Assembly: GCA_037447605.1 (NCBI GenBank)
Contig: CM074806.1
Location: forward strand, 2,480,001 to 2,544,000
Length of the DNA stretch: 64,000 nt
Origin: Zygnema circumcarinatum SAG 698-1b
Taxonomy: Eukaryota > Plantae > Zygnematophyceae
Direction: 5' to 3'
Of the stretch, positions 35,979 through 47,553 are shown one piece after another; within the stretch, counting starts at the first letter, position 1; the number at the start of each line of letters is the position of its first letter. The position numbers and the translations under genes are program-made. The notes below the pieces were generated by a model. The model saw only the letters and a list, made by a program, of their open reading frames with translations. It was not told the origin of the DNA and made no database searches.

Positions 35979-38735
35979 TTATTCCATAAATGTTTCATTG
36001 TTCCTGACGATAGTGTCCGCCAACCTGCTAGATAAATCTTGATAAATGGGATGAAAAGGTGGTTTACTTTGACGACTGTCATCATCATCATCATCATCAC
36101 CAGCATTGGCCAGACCTTCTCTTCTTGCAGAGGAGCTCCCATCAGCTTCGCCCTCGCCTTCTCCATCTCCCATTTCCGCTAACTGCACGAGCCGCTGATC
36201 AAACTCCAAAGCACTCCCATCCCTCTCCTCCAGCTCTGCCCCCTCGATCTCCAGCCACTTCTCCCTCAGGTCATCGAGGACATTCGCTTGATCTAAACCC
36301 GCCACAGCGGAGGCGCCCGGGCCACTAGGGGCGGTTGTCCTTTCCGAGGAGTCTCCAGAAGGAGGGGGCAGCCTTCGAAGCATAGCCCTAAACTGGCGCG
36401 TCTTTTCAAACGTTTCAAAGTTAGCAGCCATAACGTCCAGGCAGTACTCACGGAGCTTCCAGACACCGTATCTGCAAAGTAGGCAAACGACAACTGATCT
36501 TGAAACCATAACTGCTTCATAACCTGTAGAGTAGGGATCTTGACATTTACGGGATTTTGCTCAAATAGAACCACATAATGGATGTTGAACGAAAATGGAA
36601 GTGTCAAAGAAACGTCCTCAAAGTTTCCAGCTCCCACACTATTCCAAGCCAATAAGTAGACAGGTCTGAAAGGGCAATCGACATACAGGTCTGCCATGAG
36701 CAGCCAGTCACACAGCTCGGGTGGCGCCGCTGTCGCCAGTTGCGGGAGGAGGGCGTCAGCCACTGCTCGCTTCAAAGGGAAGAGAAGGTAGCGGGAGGCT
36801 GCCTCAAGGACCTCCTCAGCCTGCGAAGAAAATGCCACGAAAAGAGGCAGAAGGTGGAAAAGGGATACAGGATTGTACGAGGGGTTGAGACAAAACAAGA
36901 AACACAGTGCAATACTTTAAGAAGGACAAGTTCAAAAGCTTCCAAATGCTATTGAAAGTGAAAGAAAAATTGATATTTATGTGCTTCCTGTGGCGAGATG
37001 ACAGGGCTGACATGATATTACCTGGTCCAATTGCACTTCAAGAATTTTGTCCGTGTAGCTGGGACACAGAAACATGAAACACAGCCGGAAACGTCGATAT
37101 AAAAACAAGTCCGCTGGGACGGAATAGACAGCAGGTCGAACAGTAGCACCTTTAAAATTCAAATGTCACAGCGGCAGAGAAAAGTCGAGTAGAATCTAGG
37201 CCCAAAACTATGGAAAGAAAGACTATGACAGAAAAGCCATGTAGTCTAAACTTGTATGAAGGCAAAACTAGTTACATATTCCGTTTCTTGGACGCGCTTT
37301 CCGATACATCCACATAAACACAAGAACAATGTCACTAGAAAAAAGAGCTTGCACCATTGGCCCAAGGTTTCCAAGCCGGATAAAGCATCACTCACATGTA
37401 TTCCAATACTTTAGAAAAAGCGTACGGCCCCATATCCTGGACGTGGCGCACAGGCAGCCGCCTTGTGTCCATGTCGCCACCCTCTTTCTCTTTGGTCGCA
37501 GCAAAACCACCTTCTCGAAAGTACCTTGTCCTATCAAACAACGCTTTGAAGTAATCCGATCGAGCAGCTAAAATTGTTCGATGGCACCGGAACAGATACC
37601 CTCCCACTGAAAAGCATACGTCCGCATGGTCATCCGCGCTGTCCGAACCGCATGCGGCATTATCCGAAGCATATAGCCCATCAATCGTTTGGGCGGCTTC
37701 AGGATGCCTGTCACTGTTTCTCGTGTCTCTCTCTGCTGTTTCATTCAAATCTTTCCGCTTCCGCCATTCCAAACCTTCCTCTACTTCGGCCCTATCTGCA
37801 GCTGCTGCTAGCACTGTCCTGCTCAAGAGCTCTTCCATGGCTGCCGCTAGTCGGTCAGCCGGAGGTAAAGATAGGCCCTGCAGAATCCACCTCCTCTGAG
37901 CGTTATCCTCCTCCACGAGCGATTTGGCAGCCTTGTACTCTGCGTACTTCTGATGCTCCAGTTCCTTCAGCACCGCCTCCTTCAGTGAGTTGCATTTGCA
38001 CACTTTTGCGACTCTCAGCAGGTCTTCCATGTCATCTACTGCTATGTCTATCCGATCGGAGTAGTAGAAGTGGAGGAGTCCGTGGAGAGCAGGATAAGTC
38101 AGCTTGGTGTTGGCCAAGTAAACATCCTGCTTCTCCTTCCACTTGCCTCGGAACGCTTCTCTAAAGTATGGCGATCGAACGGATAAAATTGCACGGTGCG
38201 CTTTTATCACTTTCTCTCCAGCAGCCAAGTGAAACACGATGTCTGGCCAGCTCTCACTGTTGTCGAAAATTTCTCGAAGAGCTTTTGGCAATGGATCCAT
38301 GGGTGGTGGCCTAAGCTCATAAGTTTTCAGAGTTTTCCTGATCCTAAGTGTCAGTGCAGCATAATGACACCTGTCGCCGTCAAATGTGTGCTCACTGCAG
38401 ATAGCGCCTGCTTCCAGCAGCATTTTCGCTGCATCCACGTGTCCTGCCAAGCATGCATAGTACAACGCGACAGAATCCCAGCGGTCCCTCACATTCACGT
38501 CAACTCCATCCTCCTCTAAGAGTAGCCGCAGTCTATCAACATCTCCCGCCCTGGCAGCCTCATAGATATCGCCATGTGGCACCTTTTTGCGAGGCCTGGG
38601 CGGCTCCAGCTCCTCCCCGTAGTCGAGGTCATCGTCAGGGTCGATCTCCCTTCCCGCAACCTCCACGCGCTGCCAGCTGGCAGACCTTGTGGCGTCATCA
38701 TCTGGAGGCTCTGCCATGTCAGCAATTCGTTGCAT
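35979..38735 (-). CDS. Ankyrin-repeat and double BTB/POZ domain protein (ABTB1/At2g04740-like cullin-3 adaptor), 4 coding exons, about 667 aa
   Basis: Exons 38735-37396, 37058-37022, 36820-36687, 36471-35979 (2,004 nt). Ankyrin motifs [14 protein letters not shown] and [20 protein letters not shown] motifs [15 protein letters not shown] and [19 protein letters not shown]. An AG acceptor just upstream of the ATG suggests a further 5' exon. Confidence 0.9.
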
Positions 38736-39529
38736 GTCTGCAACTCCAAAACGACAATTGGATTTCTTCAGCTTTGAAGAGCAAGCTCAGATGTCGTAAC
38801 CAGGCATTGACGATCTAAAAAGTATTGCGAAAGTTCAGCTTATGGTTGCGGTGGCATAAATTTCATGTCCAGGATGAAGTAGTCATTCAGTTAGTTCTAT
38901 ACAACAGCAAAGTGCATCGCAACGATCGACACAAACAAACTGTTCAGTTTGTACATGATCAATAAAAAAAATTGTGAAAGGACCTTTTTTATGATAGCAC
39001 AGAACAGGTGAATCCCAATGGGAGGACATCCGGATGAAATCATGCAATTGGCAATGAGTTTTTTTAGAAAGCCCCTGAACGCCACTCATTAAATCAAAGG
39101 CCAGGAAGGCCTGGCTTCTAGAATGAGCTACGTGCATAGATTTTCCATTCAAAAGGTTGTCAGTAAGTACTACATCTGTCTTTGTTAACAAAAAAAAAAA
39201 TCAGTAGCTGAAGCAGTTTTACTTATAGCAATCGCTTAAGTGACAGGAAAAAACGGAACCGCGGCTTTTGAGCTGAAAAGTGAAGAAGGGTTCAGACATA
39301 AAGCAGCCTCTGCTTTCCTGTTGAGTTTAAAACAAACTGCTTCTACCATTCACTTTCCACAACAATTTAAGACTGTTCATCAAGATTAAAAAATGTAACT
39401 CATCGCAAGTACGACAAAAGGAGAGAAAAGGGAACCCCTTCGGCGTCAACGGAGGAAATAAGAGAAACAAACGGCAGGCATATAGACGCTGGAAGCCAAT
39501 GGCAGGCACAAAGCCAGGAGACGCCATTG

Positions 39530-40900
39530 CAGAAGCCAAATGAGGAAACGCGAGCTGCAGGGCTCCGGCGCACCACCGCACCTGCTGGCTCGCGGAAGGC
39601 CCCGCTCCCTGGGCGAGCCACGTGGGGCTTCCTCGCCGCGCCAGGTGGCACTGTCGCTCGCTCGCTCGCTCGCTCACGCTGCAGCTCACCCCTCCCCACT
39701 CTCCGCTGTCTCCACCCTCCAGCGGCCGGCTCGGGTTCGATCGCGCTCTCCTCCCCTCCCCTTGGAGGGTGGTCAGCGCATGAAGGCGCGGCGCGGAGAT
39801 GGGACCGTTCACACTGCCAACAGGCGCGCACATGCACATGCGGACATCATTGTTGTTGGCATGCATGAGGACCATGTTGCTGTTGTTGTCAACGCAAGCC
39901 TTACTTTGTGAACGCTTATATAAAACAACTTTCTTCGTTATTGTATTTGTATATGACTGAGAATGTATGTGTCTTTTTTGCAGTCTGGAAAACAAGTACA
40001 ACTTATGAAAAAATGACTAAAGCACAACATTCACAACTTCAACAACGCACAACAGCCTCATCTTTTTTTTATCTATTCAAAAGCTCGTTTCTTAGTTTTG
40101 GTTCTCCTTGTGAGGCTTGACAGCGGTTTTCATACCATAGAACAAGAAACAAAAAAGAAATACATACAATGGCATCAACAATGTTCTGTCACGCACATGT
40201 GGTTTTTGTTCTTTTTGTCGTTTCGTTTGCCGTACATATCTACGTACTGTAGGTAAAATTTGGTTCCGTAAGCGTTCATTTATTGACCGAGTGAGGCTTG
40301 CGTTGGCAGCAGCAGCAGCAGCAGCAGCCCCAGCCCCCGCACGGTCCTCCCCCCCATGCCTGCCCCCCACAGCCCTGCCCGGCGGCGTCCGCCCGCTCGC
40401 ACCGGTTCGTTTCCAGCCCCCCTCGCCCGCCGGCCGGCCCCGCCATGACAGGAAGCGGGTCCGTCCGTCCGCGACGGACCCGGCCGGCGGACGCCGCCTC
40501 GTGGTTTCGATGCCGCCAGCGCTGGTTGGGCGAGCCTTGCCCGCCTGCCTGCCTGCCTGCCCGCCTGGCCGACTTGGTAACACGTGGCGCACTGTGACTA
40601 GTCCGCATGGCCAACAGCGTGTCCGTACAGGTGTTTGCTGCAAAGTCCAGGGCCCAGTCGGGGCTGGGGCTGAAAAAGCGAGCGGCGGCCTCGGCCCAAA
40701 CGCCCCCGGGGAGGGACAGCTGAGCTCTGCTCCGGGAGGGACAGCTGAGCTCTGCTCCGGGAGGGAGGCCTCGTGGAGGTCGAGGAGTCTCCATGGCTGT
40801 CCTTGGCGGGGCCGTGTGCCGCGTGGCGCGGCGCTGCGCCAGGAGCCTCTTGCAGGGTAGCTGTCCTGCGAAGGGTCGTGCTTTCGGAGCAGCGGCAAAC
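39530..40900. promoter_or_regulatory. Divergent promoter region with two GC-rich islands (39530-39840 and 40290-40900), each with a G-box
   Basis: CACGTG at 39619-39624 and 40581-40586. Also (CTCG)n, (GCA)n and (CCTG)n runs. The islands are separated by an AT-rich spacer. Confidence 0.45.
40713..40762 (+). repeat. Perfect 25-bp tandem duplication
   Basis: GGGACAGCTGAGCTCTGCTCCGGGA at 40713-40737 and 40738-40762. Confidence 0.9.
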
Positions 40901-41035
40901 AGCGGGTACTCACCGTTCATGCAACGACCATGCCAATATTTCCAATAAATCGCGAATTTTTTTATTTTTCTCATTGCAATTCGAAGTCAAAAAATTCGCT
41001 GTGTGCGTCAGCGAAAACTTCGTGCCAAAGCGCAA

Positions 41036-44000
41036 ATGCAAATGTCTTCTGAAAGATTGCCTTAGTATAAAACTGTAACAAATAACAATGCAGTTGTTAA
41101 GCAAAAGCAATGCAGCTGTTACGCATTCAACAACAATTTGATGTTCTTAATTTTCTATTCATTTTCTAATCATTTTTTTGCAATGATTAGAAAAAAATTG
41201 CACCACGTGTTTAAGTTCTGTGATTTTGTATTTCTTTTGTTTTTGCGGTCGGGAAGCTTCGACGGCCCATCGTTTGACGTGATTAGTCCGACCGATGGAA
41301 AGAAGGTGGGAGAAGTTTTGGCGGATTCAAGGGACGTTGTGAGTCTTACTCCAACCATTATTCACGATGATTACATTTCAGCTCTTGTTCGCATCTTCAA
41401 GCCTTACGCAGCAATTGTATTTTAGTTAATGCTGGAGGCACTTCACTCATAATAGCGATAGTTTCTTGTGCCTGACTCCTCTTGCAGGTGTCGGAGAAGT
41501 TTGAAATGGCTGCAGCAGGTCAAAAAAAGTGGCAAAAGACTTCAATTGATCAGAGAAAGGTGCTTCTTGAAACATTGAACCCGAACCCTTCAACTGGAGT
41601 TGCTGAAGTAGATCTTAATCGAGAACTTGAGAGTAAATTTCAACCTTCATTTGTATCTCAAAACTGTTATGGACGACGAGGGTAGAGAGAGCAAATGCAG
41701 CGTCCGGCTCCAGTGCACCTTTAAGAAGAGGCTGAGTATGAAAATGGATTTTTGCGGAACGCTCAGATTACGAGTAATGTTGAAATAAGGGAATGTGGAT
41801 GAGCACCGTCTGGCGCTGATTAGAGTTTTGCTTGCTTAGTTGCTTGCTTAGTTTTGCTTTAGTTCATCACAAAGGGATTACATGCCAAAGTGAATGCTGC
41901 TCATATATGCGTGTCTTTGTTGGATTCTTTCCTCCCGCTCTTCTGTATTCTCCTCTATCAATTTCGCCCGTGAGCAAGCTAGGGCTATTTCCAAGGGGGA
42001 GCACCACTTCTAAATTTGGACTGGTTTTTTGCAGGCAGTGATGCTTAGATTCACGGAGCTTCTTATGAAGGAAACAGTACGTCAATTTATCCTCTTGCCA
42101 TAGTTTGTAGTTCATCCTCCTCAAATGTGTTTCTTGCACAAAATTGGCAATGGATGCGATGTCATCGAAATAGAAGGATAATCAGCGCTATTTTGTGTCG
42201 TATGGCGATTTGTGTTCAGGAAAAGCTGGCAAATATCATGACATCAGAAATGGGCAAACCTATAACACAGGCCAAAAACGAAATTCGAGCGACGGGGCTT
42301 CGGATAAAATATTTTGCTGATAATGCACAAAAGGTATTTGCTTTGCAGCCATGGCAGCGACAAAATGGAGTGGTTATTATAGGCATGACCAACATGCCAC
42401 TGCTTGCTCTCATTGATACTGAATCCGTGTGCAGGTGTTGGAGTCCCAAACAGTCCTGAAGACACCGAAAATCACTGAGCAAGTCATATACGAACCACTC
42501 GGAGTGGTAGGCGTATTGCACATATCCACTATTGCAAGGCTCTTGACAGGGTGCTTTTCAACTTCTGATGGTTTGATTCTCTCTTTGGATTTGATGCACT
42601 CGAACAGATAGCGAACATTTCTGCGTGGAACTACCCGTATTTTGTGTCCGCAAATGTTTTTGGGGCTGCTCTGATGACGGGAAATTCCGTCCTCTTTAAG
42701 CCCAGCGAGCATTCGTCACTTTCGGGCTTAGCCATGACCGAACTTCTCCACAAGGTAATCTCAAACACGCTTTCGGAGTTGTTCATTGTTTTTGTGTATG
42801 TGTGTGTGAGAGAGTAAGAGAACATTGCGTTAACCTTTGTCGTATTACAAGCACTTGCAAAATATCTTCTCATTCTTTGCTATTCGGTAACTGTTCCCAC
42901 TAGGCAGGGGTTCCACCAGATGTGTTTGTGACCACAACGGGCGGAGGCGCCACAGGGGAAGCTGTCGCATCACTTCCGAAAATTGGGGGACTCTTCTTTA
43001 CGGGGTCCAATCGCACAGGTCATCGGATTGCAGTGGCGGCTGCGTCCAAGTTGGTCAAGGTAAATCGCATTCCCTCCTTCTCTATACTGTACGTCCTCAT
43101 CTTTAAACGGCCTGCAGGGATAACCACAGCCTGCAATATGGCTAAAGCTTGTCGAGTGAAATCCACATCCTAAAACCTTCCGTACGGTCACGCAATACTT
43201 GATGTTATATGGTCTGTTCATTTGAATTACAGGTACAGTTGGAACTGGGAGGAAAAGACCCAATCTATGTGCGTCGAGATGTTCCGAATGTGGAAAGCGC
43301 AGCAGCTGCCTTAGCTGATGGTGCCTTCTATAACTGTGGCCAGGTGAGGGTGCTCGTGTGTGCTCACGCTAAACTGGTATATGACCGCGTACGCAGCCTC
43401 AGATGGAAAATATTTGAAACTGTTTTCAGGCGAGTGTTGTTGGGCCAAATTTTGGGCGTTATTGAGGGTGCCATGTCCTTGTTTGGTTTTCTTCTCATAG
43501 GTTGTTAGATGCAGGTGTTTGCTCGGCGTTTCTCCCAAATGAAATGAGCTTACATTTAAGCATGGAATGGTGCAGAGCTGCTGTTCTGTGGAACGGATTT
43601 ATGTGGATAATGAGATTTTGGCTCCCTTTCTGGAGCATTACACGAATGCTGTACGCTCTTTCAAGGTAAAGCATTATGCAGGCTGCTCTGTTTCTGATGA
43701 TTCAGTATCCTCAATTGACCAAATGGTTCAAGTTGTAAGGCTTGTATCTTGTTCTGGTGATCCTGCAGGTGGGAGATCCAATGAATGACGAGACGTACAT
43801 TGGCCCATTAGCTCGAAAAGCGCAGCTTTTCGTTCTGCATTCTCAGGTTAGCCTATTTTGTGGCTCGATTTGTGAAACGCCTGGTGTGCTCCCTTTCTTA
43901 TTCCTTGTGGTCTTGCTGTGAGTCCGCCTTTAATGTGGTTCCTTGATTGACTTGGACGATACATTGACATCACTTTCGTTGCGGTCAAGCAAGCTCCTTT

Positions 44001-45029
44001 TGACGGTTGGGTTTTGTTCCTTTTCTTGCCGAGAGACAGGTGGAAGATGCATTGGACAAGGGAGCACAACTGGCAGTTGGCGGGCCCACAGAAGGGGCAA
44101 CTTTTACAGCTGCTGGGAACTTCTTTTCACCCACGGTGAGTGATTAGCGGTTCTAAGAATCGCAATTCTAGCATGTTGATGTCTTCCATTGTTTCCAGTA
44201 GCTTTCTTTCAGTGGATTAAGTGGGGCGTATTCGAACTGGACTTGCTTGACTGTGCGCAGGTATTGACTCGTGTTGACCACAGTATGGCAGTAATGCGAG
44301 AGGAATCATTTGGGCCCATCATCGGAATCCAGGTGAGTTACACCAAATGTTGAAATTGTCTATTTTCAATCCCTCCTCCCAAATCAGCCCTTTCCAGCAT
44401 AAATCGAAATGCAAGTTGATGATGGTAACAGGGAGTTCAAGGGGATGAGGAGGCTGTGGCTCTCATGGGAGACACGACATATGGTCTCACAGCCGGTGTG
44501 TACTGTAAACATAGGGAGGATGCAGAGGCGATCCTGGGAGGTATGGACAAACTCGAAGAGTCCCTTTGGTTATTGCCTGACTTCCTAAGGACACTCGATG
44601 TTGAGAATGTGAAGGTCTGAGAGCTCAATTGTTGTTAAATTGTGGGGGCGGCGCTAATGAAGATGTAAGGCATAGGACTGCGGTGAAATTGAGAGGACTT
44701 GATTTGTTCTGAGTGACTCAATCACTGACGATGGCGGTAGCGGTAAGAGGGGGAATAGAGCTCGACGTGGGCACAGCGTATTGGAACTGCTGCGACCGCT
44801 CAGTGCCACGATTGCCATGGTGCGTTTTATTCCCCTTTCCCAATTCCGTTTCTAAGGCTTAGAACCCCTTGCAAGTTTGTAGATGAGATGTCTCTTGTGA
44901 ACGAGTCGGTACGGATGGAGTTGGCGACGCAGGTCTGGGAGGAGAGGATCGGGGCTTGGAGCCACTCTCTCAATGGAGGGCTTGAGAGCGTGCGTTCAGC
45001 CTAAGGCGCTGCATCTGCAGTCCCCATGA
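41036..45029 (+). CDS. NAD(P)+-dependent aldehyde dehydrogenase (resembles the non-seed-plant ALDH23 type), about 16 short exons
   Basis: Exons encode EMGKPITQAKNE, YEPLGV|IANISAWNYPY, GNSVLFKPSE, FFTGSNRTG, QLELGGKDP, FYNCGQ|SCCSVERIYV (catalytic Cys), EESFGPII, YGLTAGVY and SGLGATLSMEGL. TGA at 45027-45029. The start exon (about 41036-41064) is tentative. Confidence 0.88.
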
Positions 45030-45510
45030 AGGCCCAGAGGGAAGGAGGAGCGCCCTGGTGGGGTCCTGCAGGTGATAGTTTCGTGTCTGATGAAGCTTTC
45101 ACGAAAGAGAAGACGAAAATGTTCTGCCTCCCAACATTACTTTTTGAAGCTGAACCCCCGTCCCCTTCCAGCTTCAGAACAAAATCGTGTCGCAGGGCCG
45201 CCAAGTAGTGGGTTTTGGGGCCAAGGACCTCGGAAGTATTTCAAGTTTGGCATAACATATTTCACTTGCAGAGTCACTTTGTTGGAATGATGACCGACAT
45301 GATGGGAAAGTGTTTGACCCTGCCTCACTCGCTGAAAATCAGCCACACCTTTCAAACAGCCCTAAGCTCGCCCTTCTCCAGAGCTCCCATTTCATTTGAC
45401 CAGTCAGTTACAGCCTTCTGTATGTTGGAAATTACAAAGAGGCAAGTACACAAAAAAAAAAAAAGAGTGACTTAAATACACAATAACAGGGAGCACTGGG
45501 AGTATGGCCG

Positions 45511-46709
45511 CTACTTGTCTTTCCCTCTAAGAGTCGCCCATAGAACTGGCCAATTGGCTTGAGCCTCTCTCCAGCCCCAAAAACTTCCCTCCTTATTCGG
45601 ATCCCAGCTTGCAGAAAGAACACCGTAGGAAATGCCCAACCCGGCTGCCCCGAAGAAGGCCGAAGATACAATCAGTGGCACCCATTCAGGAAGGTCCACT
45701 TTCTGCACTACCTTAAGCCAATAGAAGAGAGGGAAGAAGAGGAGACCAACAGCAAGCGGAGAACCAACCGTAACAACTATTCGCACGAGCATACGGTTTG
45801 TTACGACCTCTGGAACTGCGTCATCTATATCCTCGTCCGAGGCCAGTGGCTTCCCTTGCAAAGGCGTCGCTGCTGCGGGCTCAACTTCACTTAAGTCTGA
45901 CGGCGATGGTTTCTTCAACGATTGCTTTGTTTTTTGACCTCCAAAACCTTTGGCAGCTTGAGGTGGATACGGGCCTCTGTCATGCCAAACATTTCACAGC
46001 AATGGGTGGATGTTATGTTTGACTGTGAGGTGGAACGTACATTAAACAGCGTGACAAAAAAAGACTGAAAGGTCATGCTCCTCGAATGACAGAACCTCTG
46101 AACCAGACTTTTAAAAAGAAACTGAGGGTAACGAAGGGCTCAACAAATACGTTGTGTGGATTGAATCAAATAAGTCACCTGAGAAGTAAAAAATGAGAGG
46201 AAAGACAACAACAGCTTCCTAAATAGTCAAGACATATTTGGATACTGCTATGCGGGCTGTAGCAAGTGATCAAATAGCTTAAACAGCTGCAGCAAAAAAC
46301 CTATCATGGACTCCGTGCGATTACCTCAGTCTTGGTGTCTGCTAGCTCATCTGCTAGTATAAGACGTGAACGAAAAAGAAATGGAATACTGCCATCTCAG
46401 AACAATCGAGACTCTTCTAATGCGAGAACAGCGAATTACATTTAGCGAAGTTGATGTCAATTAGATAGTCAAATCTCACCTGCTGTTGCTTGTATTCGTC
46501 AAACTGAAGGCAGTGCGAGAATCTTTAGTACACTGTTGTTGACTTGCTGCAAGCGAGTTGACGCCTTTGAGCGGTAATCGGCTAGCTGCACTCCTAAGCA
46601 TGCGCAAACTCGACAACGGCAACGCCTTTCCCTCCAGAAAGCATGTGTGATGCATTTGTTCGCTGCAGGACGGCGGCAGCACGCCGCAGGACGAGGGAAC
46701 GGCGGCCAT
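45511..46709 (-). CDS. PAM68: PAM68 photosystem II assembly factor (DUF3464), 2 exons, 231 aa
   Basis: Exons 46709-46480 and 45976-45511 (696 nt). Transit-like N-terminus. Motifs VPEVVTNRM, GLLFFPLFYWLKV and GISYGVLSASWDPNKEGSFWGWREAQANWP. Confidence 0.9.
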
Positions 46710-46744
46710 TTCTCAGTACGACAGACCGGAATCACCACTTGTGG

Positions 46745-47130
46745 CAGCCGTCGCTCTCTCTCTCGCTCTCTCTCCCCCTCTCTCTCTTATTCTCTCTCTC
46801 TTTTCTTCCCTCTCTCTCTCTCTCTTTCTTCCACTTCACTACATTCACATCCACTTTCCCCCTCACGCTCTGGTTTCCCTTCTCAGAAACTCAAGACCTG
46901 CTTCGCCATGGCCGCCATCCTTATCCCCCTCTCCATGCCGCAGATATTTCAAGAATCCGTTTGATCCGCTTCATCCTTTTGGAGTTCAGTTTGTCCCTGG
47001 GGGAGGGGCGGGGCGTGACGTCAGGTTTTCCTTGAGAAGAAGAAAAATAAAGTGCCCATGTACAGTGTCCAATGAGAATGCTCCACGTCGGACCAAATTC
47101 GAACTCAGATTGGTCCATGCAAATTGAGAT
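46745..47130. promoter_or_regulatory. PAM68/AsnRS bidirectional promoter: (CT)n tract, TGACGTCA palindrome, opposed CCAAT boxes
   Basis: (CT)n at about 46755-46830, TGACGTCA at about 47016-47023, CCAAT at about 47069 and ATTGG at about 47110. Confidence 0.45.
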
Positions 47131-47553
47131 TAGCGTCACCGCGGGGCTCAGTCAGTCTTCCCAGTTTGCCGTCAGCCACTCTCTTGGATGGAGCTGAAGG
47201 CGGTTCCATGCTGCGGCAGGCAGGCGGAAAGGAAGAGGAGAACTGAGAACTGAGAACTGAGAACTGCGAGGGGAGGGAGAGGGGAGGGAGAGGGGAGAGG
47301 GAGAGAGAAAGAGCAGTGGGAGCTGGGGCAGCTGGCAGGGCGTGTGTGCGAGTGCCGACATCGCTTACTCAAGCAGTTGGAGTGTGGTGGGGAGCAAACA
47401 GACTGTTGTCTTTTGAAGATTCTGTAGCAAACCTCTCTTGTGAAGGAGTGGAAGTGGCATATCTTCATGCCTAAGGCGTCTTCCGGAAGTTGTAGCCTTA
47501 GAGAAGTCCACTCTTGCTGGGACTGCGACGGTGTAGCTGACTTGGAGTCAACA

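Noticed and set aside
36078-36100. (CAT)n microsatellite
   Set aside because: It encodes the poly-Asp run in the last BTB exon.
40092-40974. ORFs of 190-273 aa in the ALDH upstream island
   Set aside because: GC-rich promoter sequence with microsatellites and a tandem duplication. There are no protein motifs or coding-like structure.
46900-46940. Upstream ATGs (MERGIRMAAMAKQ) as an extra PAM68 exon
   Set aside because: The donor is weak, and the nearest acceptor leads straight to an in-frame stop. The ATG at 46709 gives a complete model.
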